Shown here one piece after another: positions 47,228 through 53,502 of a stretch of 53,502 bases of DNA. Source of the DNA: an uncultured Bacilli bacterium (GTDB taxonomy: Bacteria > Bacillota_I > Bacilli_A > RF39 > UBA660). Numbering within the stretch: the first letter of the stretch is position 1; each line of letters starts with the position of its first letter. The stretch is taken from assembly GCA_947586205.1 (NCBI GenBank), contig CANPXO010000003.1, positions 1 through 53,502 of the forward strand, given 5' to 3'. The notes beneath the pieces were generated by a model. It did no database searches, had not been told where the DNA came from, and was given only the letters and a program-made list of their open reading frames with translations. A program made the translations under genes and the position numbers.

Positions 47228-49147
47228 TTATTTTTTTTCATAGATAGCTTTTAAAAACTTGTAGTATGGAAACTTTAACTTAAATACTGATTTCATAAAC
47301 ATAATTTTACAATCTGAGTTTTTTAAATCTACATAAAATATTTTTGGATGTAATACATAATAGAACAAAGATTTATTATGAATCAATTTATATTTTCCAG
47401 CATTAAGAAATTCGATATTTTTAAACAATTTTACATTTTTTAAAGTCGGTTTTTGAATAAAATTTTTATAATTTTGAAAGGCAATATTACAATCTTCAAG
47501 AAATAAAAATTCACTTGTAAAAGCATCGTCAACAAATAGTTTTGCTGCACTTTGCAGTTTTTGAATTGTTAAAATATTTTTTTCACTATAGTCCACTTCT
47601 GCACATACAGGAACAATTTTATGATTTACTTCTTTATATCCTAATGTTGAACCTTCAGTGGCCAAAAACAACATTTCAAATAGTCCTAAACTAACCTGTA
47701 TTGTTCTCTGATTATCTAAATCCAATTGTGACGAAAATAAATAGCCAGATCGATTAAGTGTATCGTAATTTTTATATCTATTATCGTTATTAACACCATA
47801 ATAATAGCCAAAAATTTTAGTGCTTGTATCACAAAACTTTTGCAAATAATATTGAATAGTACCATTCCAACCAATATCAATTAATGCTATATTTCCTGTA
47901 AAATTAACTTGCTGTAGATATTTTTTTAAATAATTATTTTGTAATTTACAATTTTCATATAAATCATCTTTTATAATATTAAATAAATTATTTTGTTGAG
48001 TTTTTGATAAGTTCATAATTAAAACATTATCAAAAATGCTATATTTTTCTAATTCTTTTTTATAACTTTCATATTTTAAATTCACAGATGAAAATAAGTC
48101 TTTTACATTTGAAGTGTTTTTTAGCATCATTTGAAATTTTTCTAGCAGTTCATCTAAAGTTCTAATATTAACTATATTGGCCATAAGAACCGATTTACGT
48201 GAAACTTTTAAATAAAATATTGGAAGTTCTTCTTGGTATTGTTTTTTATAAACATCCATTATAATTTTCGCATCTCTAGCTAAAAAGAAAATCTTTTGAA
48301 TTTTATTTTCAATAACTTGAGTATGAACCCATCGGACAAAACTTAAAAGTATAGGTCCAAACACTTCATAGCCAAATTTTTCATAAACATCCATTTTATA
48401 TTGACAAATATGATTATTTATAAAAGATGATAGTACATTGTAATTTAAATCGACCGAGTTATATAATTCAAATAAAGTGTTACATGTATATCTATCAACC
48501 AAAATAGAATTCATTCCTATTTTTTTAGGAGGTAAAAAATCAGTCATAAATGTATCACCTAAATGTAAAATTGTTTCATAAGATAAATTATTTTCTTTTG
48601 CCACTAATTCAAAAAGTTTACCACTTCTTTTGGTCATCATTTTATCAGACGATAAATAAATTCCATGATTTACACTATAACCATTTTTTTCTAATATTTG
48701 TTTTAGTAGATTTATTGGTAAATACATGTCAGAAACAAAAAATATTTTCTTTTTTTGCTGTACACATTTTTTATAAAATAAATAAATTGGATAATTTATG
48801 CATGTAATATTAAGTTCTACTTTACATTCTAATTCCATTAACTTTTGATTATTTTTATAATCTAAATAATGATAAATTTCATCTAAAGTTAACTCTTCAT
48901 TTTTACTATTATTTCGTGCTCGTCTTTCAGCATTTATTCTTTTTTCTTTAAAATCATAAATTTGTTCAGAAAATAAACAATTATACTCTTTTTGAACTAA
49001 GTCGTAAACATCAGTTACGTTCTTTACATCTCTTTTTATCAATGTATCATATACATCAAAAAAAATTACATCAAAATTATCTAAATCGATTTTTTCACAA
49101 TCATCAGAAAATAATTTATAGAAAATTTTTTTAAAAACTTTTGTCAT
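47228..49147 (-). CDS. large hypothetical protein with an N-terminal HAD-like domain
   Basis: 639 aa. VIFFDVYDTLIKRD is a DxxDT-type nucleophile motif, and HLGDTFMTD is a late acidic motif. The C-terminal ~380 aa are unassigned. Confidence 0.5.
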   Translation of the reverse strand: MTKVFKKIFYKLFSDDCEKIDLDNFDVIFFDVYDTLIKRDVKNVTDVYDLVQKEYNCLFSEQIYDFKEKRINAERRARNNSKNEELTLDEIYHYLDYKNNQKLMELECKVELNITCINYPIYLFYKKCVQQKKKIFFVSDMYLPINLLKQILEKNGYSVNHGIYLSSDKMMTKRSGKLFELVAKENNLSYETILHLGDTFMTDFLPPKKIGMNSILVDRYTCNTLFELYNSVDLNYNVLSSFINNHICQYKMDVYEKFGYEVFGPILLSFVRWVHTQVIENKIQKIFFLARDAKIIMDVYKKQYQEELPIFYLKVSRKSVLMANIVNIRTLDELLEKFQMMLKNTSNVKDLFSSVNLKYESYKKELEKYSIFDNVLIMNLSKTQQNNLFNIIKDDLYENCKLQNNYLKKYLQQVNFTGNIALIDIGWNGTIQYYLQKFCDTSTKIFGYYYGVNNDNRYKNYDTLNRSGYLFSSQLDLDNQRTIQVSLGLFEMLFLATEGSTLGYKEVNHKIVPVCAEVDYSEKNILTIQKLQSAAKLFVDDAFTSEFLFLEDCNIAFQNYKNFIQKPTLKNVKLFKNIEFLNAGKYKLIHNKSLFYYVLHPKIFYVDLKNSDCKIMFMKSVFKLKFPYYKFLKAIYEKK

Positions 49148-49919
49148 ATTTTTTACCTAAAAACTTTGCTTTTAAAAAACTAGTCCCTTTCTTCCACCAA
49201 TTAATGCTTTGCATATCCATAAATCTTACCTCTTTATAAGTTATATTATTTGTATTTAAATATACATCTAAAAGTAATTCAGAAATTCTTCCAAAAAATC
49301 TTGCATGAAATGCATCATACTTATTATAATCTATCTTTTTCTCTAATTCAAATAAAATATCAAATAACCATGTACAATAACCATCTAATATGTCTTTCTT
49401 CATAATAAACATATTAAACATATGCGCACTAGTTCTTTTCTTTAATCTGTCAAATTCATATAAGTACTCAGGATATTTTTCTTCTATAATATTTCTAATT
49501 TTATCTAAAGGTTCAATATACATTGTATGTTTGTAATGATCATACAAATTTTCTATATAATACTTTCTTATTTTAGGTACAATAACATCTGTACTCACTA
49601 ATAATTGATTTGCTTCCTCAAATGTTAAAACATGTTTAAATTTTTCATCTTCTGTTTTATATTTCTTTTTACTTAGTGTAAAATACCTTCTATAATGACA
49701 TAATCCTATATAATTTACATCTAAATTTTTCCAAGCCCAATAAAGCCCTGTTAATTCACAAAAATAAGGATTTTTTTTAGAGATATTTTCCCCATCATTA
49801 TCTTTTTGATAGCCTAAATCCTCTTTACCTTCTGCACCTACGTGCAATGGTAAATATAATTTATCACTAGGCATCTGATATTTTTTATGTGTTGCTATAA
49901 CCACTTTGATATTTTTCAT
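49131..49919 (-). CDS. DUF4422 domain protein (glycan-locus glycosyltransferase-like)
   Basis: 262 aa. Family-typical blocks are IATHKKYQMPSDKLYLPLHVGAEGK and NPYFCELTGLYWAWKN. Confidence 0.8.
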   Translation of the reverse strand: MKNIKVVIATHKKYQMPSDKLYLPLHVGAEGKEDLGYQKDNDGENISKKNPYFCELTGLYWAWKNLDVNYIGLCHYRRYFTLSKKKYKTEDEKFKHVLTFEEANQLLVSTDVIVPKIRKYYIENLYDHYKHTMYIEPLDKIRNIIEEKYPEYLYEFDRLKKRTSAHMFNMFIMKKDILDGYCTWLFDILFELEKKIDYNKYDAFHARFFGRISELLLDVYLNTNNITYKEVRFMDMQSINWWKKGTSFLKAKFLGKKYDKSF

Positions 49920-49926
49920 ACTTCAC

Positions 49927-50931
49927 CTACTCAATTGTTAAATTTTGATTATTGGATTGAAGTTGAATAAAAGTATTTCCATCACTTAATTTTACTTCAT
50001 TTCCATCTAAATAAGTATATATTGTTTTATCTGTTCTACTCTGTTTGCTCCACTTAATTGGTACAGCATAACCATTCGTAATGAAATAGCCATTTCCACT
50101 TCCTACTGTCTCTAAATCCCAATAGTAATTATCACTAGCCATTTTTGTATTTATCTTTTGAACAATAATATTTTTTGTTGTAAATTGTTGTTTCGTTTCA
50201 TGATCAATATTCGCATCTCCATTTACAAATCTTTTGTAAACTTTATTTGCTTCATCATATTCATAAGTAGTATTTAAAGATGCATTCGATGGAATATAAA
50301 CTTTATTTGCTATTTGACTTTGTTCTTTTTCACTTAAGTTTACATCTTTTGGTTCATAATTGAAAACTAAACCTTTCTCTGTTGTACTTGCAAAACTACG
50401 ATCTGTAGCAAATTCTCTAATATTACCAATACTTGTATATGCTGTATGCTCACTTGCTAAATTCTCAGGATTATTTCTCCAGAAAGGTCTACCATGCACA
50501 ACACCATTTACATAGTTAATACCAGTAGATTTCATATCATCTTGAGCATAATGACTCCAACCATAACAAACGAATATAGCATCTTGTTCAAAAGCATAAT
50601 CTAAGAAATTATGTCTTGCACTTCTAATCGTTCCAATCATTAAATCATTAATATCTTTATAAAAAGCAAGAAGTCTTGTAATTCCCCCTTCTACAGGAAT
50701 TTCATACACCATATAAGCTTGTTGCATACCAGTTTGTACTTTTACAGCTGCTGGAGAATTATTAATGACGACTGCATAAGGTCTTGTTTTAGAGTTTACA
50801 TCAATAATGTCAACTGTTTCTACAACAGGAATTTCTTCTTTATTCTCACGTTCTTCTATTACTGGTTCCTCTTTTTTTCCACATCCTACACATAAAAAAG
50901 ATACTAGAAAAACAACAAATAACTTTTTCAT
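49927..50931 (-). CDS. DUF3048 (YerB-like) lipoprotein
   Basis: 334 aa. Lipobox LCVGC, then RPYAVVINNSPAA and VEGGITRLLAFY blocks. Confidence 0.85.
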   Translation of the reverse strand: MKKLFVVFLVSFLCVGCGKKEEPVIEERENKEEIPVVETVDIIDVNSKTRPYAVVINNSPAAVKVQTGMQQAYMVYEIPVEGGITRLLAFYKDINDLMIGTIRSARHNFLDYAFEQDAIFVCYGWSHYAQDDMKSTGINYVNGVVHGRPFWRNNPENLASEHTAYTSIGNIREFATDRSFASTTEKGLVFNYEPKDVNLSEKEQSQIANKVYIPSNASLNTTYEYDEANKVYKRFVNGDANIDHETKQQFTTKNIIVQKINTKMASDNYYWDLETVGSGNGYFITNGYAVPIKWSKQSRTDKTIYTYLDGNEVKLSDGNTFIQLQSNNQNLTIE

Positions 50932-51602
50932 TACTTCGCACCATCCTTCTTTATTACAGCAAATATTGTATCAAAAATTATTTGTAAATCTAGTAAAAAC
51001 CCACAATGGTCAACATAATAAAGTTCCATCTTTATTCTTTCATCATAAGAAATATTGCTTCTTCCATTACTTGCCCAATAACCAGTAAGTCCTGGTCTTA
51101 CACTTAAAAATTTATCTTTATTCTTTTTATATTTTTTTACTTCATCAGGCACTACTGGTCTTGGTCCAATTAAAGACATATCTCCAACAAAAATATTAAT
51201 AAATTGAGGAAATTCGTCTAAAGAAGTTTTCCTTAAAAAATTTCCAATTTTTGTAATCCTTGGATCATTCTCTATTTTTCTATCTCTTAGGTATTCTGCC
51301 CTTTTTTCAGGATTATGATTCAACCAATTTTTCAATATTTCATCCGCATTAGGAACCATAGTTCTTAATTTAAAAATTCTTATTTCCTTTCCATGTTTTC
51401 CCAATCTTGTTTGTCGATAAAAAATAGAATTAAAATCACCTGTACAAATATAAGCAATTTTAACCCCTATAACAATAGGAACTAAAGCAATTAGACCAAT
51501 AATACTGCATAATATATCAAAAATTCTTTTACAGCCAAAATAGAAACATCTTTTTCTATGATGAACATAATCTGTAGTCATAACTAATTCTTCACTTTCC
51601 AT
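50931..51602 (-). CDS. undecaprenyl-phosphate sugar phosphotransferase (small 'bacterial sugar transferase', priming enzyme)
   Basis: Contains KRIFDILCSIIGLI, YRQTRLGKHGKEIRIFKLRTM and DEFPQFINIFVGDMSLIGPRP. The start is set at MESEE (51602), preceded by GGGGTGA. The tracked ORF extends to 51638. Confidence 0.9.
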   Translation of the reverse strand: MESEELVMTTDYVHHRKRCFYFGCKRIFDILCSIIGLIALVPIVIGVKIAYICTGDFNSIFYRQTRLGKHGKEIRIFKLRTMVPNADEILKNWLNHNPEKRAEYLRDRKIENDPRITKIGNFLRKTSLDEFPQFINIFVGDMSLIGPRPVVPDEVKKYKKNKDKFLSVRPGLTGYWASNGRSNISYDERIKMELYYVDHCGFLLDLQIIFDTIFAVIKKDGAK

Positions 51603-51716
51603 ATAAATATTCACCCCATAGCTTAGGTCTGTTAACATTTTAGCATTTAATCAAATTGAGTTCAACCCCAAATTTTACAATTTACTGTATATATACACAT
51701 ATTTTAAATCATAGTA

Positions 51717-51742
51717 AAAGCTAACCCTCACAGATTAGCTTT
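51717..51742 (-). other. 8-bp hairpin in the glycan-operon leader
   Basis: AAAGCTAA (51717-51724) and TTAGCTTT (51735-51742) with a 10-nt loop. It lies between the left IR and the priming transferase start. Confidence 0.3.
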
Positions 51743-51768
51743 ACTTACGCTTGCAAATGAAATAAATT

Positions 51769-51796
51769 TTTACCTCAATTCGCCTAAAGTGTTGCT
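51769..51796. repeat. left arm of the 28-bp perfect inverted repeat
   Basis: TTTACCTCAATTCGCCTAAAGTGTTGCT. Confidence 0.9.
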
Positions 51797-52087
51797 CGAA
51801 TAATAAAAAGTACACAAAAAAGGATTATATTGAAGTGTATATTATATTCTCTTTTTTGTACATGAATTTTTTCCTTTTTTGTACATTCTTATAGTATCAT
51901 TCAAACTCCACTCGTTATTTACAACATCATAGAATTTTGTAAAATAAAGAGCAATCTTAAAGTATACAATTGAATATTTAGAGAAAAATTAATACCAATC
52001 TTAAAATAATGATGTTATATACAATACCGATTTGCCTATAGATTTGGAAGATATAAGAAATAATTCAATCATAATTTTTAAATATAC

Positions 52088-52115
52088 AGCAACACTTTAG
52101 GCGAATTGAGGTAAA
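52088..52115. repeat. right arm of the 28-bp perfect inverted repeat
   Basis: AGCAACACTTTAGGCGAATTGAGGTAAA is the exact reverse complement of 51769-51796. Confidence 0.9.
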
Positions 52116-52119
52116 TTTT

Positions 52120-52365
52120 TTAAATATTTGGTGTATTCTTACCTTTAAAAAGAATAGATTGTGTAATAATCATCTTATCATCAGGACTTAATCTTTCAGA
52201 TATAGCACTATATATTTCTGGTAAATCTTGAGTACTAAATACTTGATATGTATTATCAAATAATTTTGTATTGTATTGAAATGATTCTACATAATCAATT
52301 GCATCTTTTTTACAGTTGCAATCATTATTGTCTGAAAAATTAAAGGTAATAATATAACTATTCAA
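52120..52365 (-). CDS. hypothetical small protein (81 aa)
   Basis: The ORF's stop lies 4 nt from the right IR arm. No family is recognised. Confidence 0.45.
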   Translation of the reverse strand: MNSYIITFNFSDNNDCNCKKDAIDYVESFQYNTKLFDNTYQVFSTQDLPEIYSAISERLSPDDKMIITQSILFKGKNTPNI

Positions 52366-52561
52366 AATACTTCTTCCTCCCTTCTATTTGATAAAGTAAT
52401 AGAAGCAACACGTATACATCATATCTTATATTTCATTCATCCTTTATCATCTTTAAAATATCACTATTTAAAACAAAAATCAATGATAATGTAACGGTGT
52501 GCCGTTAATAATGTATATAAGTTAATTATTTGTTATTAGACAGCATTAACAAATCACATAT

Positions 52562-53335
52562 CTATGACAATAGTCCAGTATCTTGCAGTTCTTTTATTAT
52601 TTGACGATACATATTAATGACATTTCTCCTAAATAATTTAACATCTTCATTTTGCAATTTGGTATTAGTTTTTTGATTGACCAATGGATAATCGAATGGA
52701 ACATGTTCATTCATTTGTTTTTTTAATGAACTCATGATACTTGTACCAGTAAAAACATATTTTTCAATATCATATAAACTACAAACTTTAATATGACTTA
52801 TAATCCATTCATATTGTACGTCATTCGTATTAATTGATAATTTTTCTGCTACCATTTGATATATTGTTTCTCGCTTAATATAAGACTCTTCCAATAAAAT
52901 AACAATTCCAAAGCAGTTATCGCGATTAAAATTAGTTTTATCATCAGTTTTAAAAAAATCATAATCTTTTTTAAAGTCTTTATAAATTTGGTTATATAAT
53001 TGCATAACAGCATTACTTATCTTTTCTATTTCATTTAAAATAGAGTTTTCATCCATACATCTTGTTTTAGAATAAGGAACCATCGATTTACATTCAAAAA
53101 ATAAATATTCATCATTAATTCTACACATAACATCTGAAGTTCTTTTTGTTTGTTTATTTTTTTTATATTCTTGTTCTGGTATAGTTTCATTAAATAAATC
53201 TGATTTAAATAGAATATCATATAAATAGGTTTCTAGAATATCTTTCCCAAATACCGCTCTGATGTGTTCTTGATTGTCAGTAACCCTATAGGGAATTTCC
53301 AAAAATAAATTTGCCAATTGACAAAATAAAAACAA
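52562..53335 (-). CDS. hypothetical protein with a possible PD-(D/E)XK-like motif; start uncertain or truncated
   Basis: 257 aa. SDVMCRINDEYLFFECKS fits D...ExK. The frame opens after a TAA with only a TTG start and no RBS, so it may be a remnant. Confidence 0.4.
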   Translation of the reverse strand: MFLFCQLANLFLEIPYRVTDNQEHIRAVFGKDILETYLYDILFKSDLFNETIPEQEYKKNKQTKRTSDVMCRINDEYLFFECKSMVPYSKTRCMDENSILNEIEKISNAVMQLYNQIYKDFKKDYDFFKTDDKTNFNRDNCFGIVILLEESYIKRETIYQMVAEKLSINTNDVQYEWIISHIKVCSLYDIEKYVFTGTSIMSSLKKQMNEHVPFDYPLVNQKTNTKLQNEDVKLFRRNVINMYRQIIKELQDTGLLS

Positions 53336-53502
53336 CTTCGTAAACTGATATTAGAAAAATATAAAACAGTAAGGAAGTTGTTAATATGAGTATACTACAA
53401 AAAATAGAAAAAAGTCATAAAAATTCAGCAAAAAAGAGTAAATTTAAAAAAATTTCTTCGCAAAGAAAATTTGATATAATACTACCATAAGAAGGTAGGT
53501 TA

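Larger units (their letters stand above)
51769..52115. promoter_or_regulatory. candidate invertible DNA segment (inverton) upstream of the glycan operon
   Basis: 28-bp IRs flank 291 bp of non-coding DNA. That DNA holds a sigma-A-like TTGCTC-17-TATGAT on the minus strand (51954-51926), pointing at the operon. Inversion itself is not demonstrated. Confidence 0.45.

Noticed and set aside
274-51088. Numerous plus-strand ORFs of 60-151 aa in the track (e.g. 274..531, 6389..6844, 9989..10636, 13175..13587, 19631..19909, 20725..21036, 27211..27501, 41486..41731, 50807..51088)
   Set aside because: All lie antisense within strongly supported minus-strand genes. Their products are low-complexity and F/L/S/I-rich, as expected from AT-rich shadow frames. 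None has a recognisable motif or RBS.
51769-52115. The inverted-repeat pair interpreted as a transcription terminator or simple hairpin
   Set aside because: The arms are 291 nt apart and no U-tract follows. That geometry fits an inverton or MITE, not a terminator.
53386-53490. 34-aa basic plus-strand ORF (MSILQKIEKSHKNSAKKSKFKKISSQRKFDIILP) preceded by AAGGAAG
   Set aside because: It is short and low-complexity, lies at the window edge, and has no support. A TATAAT-like box and an RBS-like GAAGGTAGG at 53476-53500 suggest the real plus-strand gene starts beyond the window.
1-53502. rRNA, tRNA, riboswitch/T-box and prophage integrase or att signatures
   Set aside because: The intergenic regions are short and AT-rich. 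I could not recognise cloverleaf-type conserved tRNA stretches, rRNA segments, or recombinase or integrase ORFs. This was by eye only and was not confirmed with covariance models.

Overview
The window is very AT-rich, low-GC Firmicute-type DNA (an Erysipelotrichaceae-like gene set; that placement is inference only). Every convincing gene lies on the minus strand. There are three blocks.

(1) 1-25.7 kb is core housekeeping: fmt, priA, trmD, rimM, a LemA/DUF2207 envelope operon, mraZ-rsmH-ftsL-PBP2B, rpe-rsgA-prkC-PP2C phosphatase, and mraY plus a second class B PBP. It carries small insertions: a frameshifted Rpn-family nuclease pseudogene and a free-standing GIY-YIG gene.

(2) 25.8-36.7 kb is a defence-island-like accessory block. 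It holds a class II Fic protein, an AbiEi/AbiEii type IV toxin-antitoxin pair with a promoter-embedded inverted-repeat operator, and two diverged AAA+/DUF4143 (COG1373-type) ATPases with near-identical promoter architecture. These ATPases bracket VanZ, two LCP paralogues and a self-promoted ABC-type ATPase + RloB/Toprim-like two-gene module.

(3) 36.8-51.6 kb is a roughly 15-kb, tightly packed Wzx/Wzy-type glycan operon: priming phosphoglycosyl transferase, DUF3048 lipoprotein, DUF4422, GT2, GT4, EpsG-like polymerase, GT32, pyruvyl transferase, flippase, CapA-like, PP-loop-like and FrhB-like Fe-S proteins.

The most interesting signals are regulatory or structural rather than new ORFs:
- A perfect 28-bp inverted-repeat pair brackets a 291-bp promoter-like segment immediately upstream of the glycan operon. 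This is a candidate invertible promoter, and no recombinase is visible in the window.
- A G12 homopolymer splits the operon's GT2 glycosyltransferase into two ORFs. A +1 or -2 slip restores one frame.
- A 33-bp tandem repeat and a recurring CCTTTTT(T)G(C/T)AC motif are shared by the DUF4143 ATPase promoters and the candidate inverton.
- The ATPase + RloB-like pair is wedged between LCP paralogues.

No rRNA, tRNA or CRISPR array was seen.
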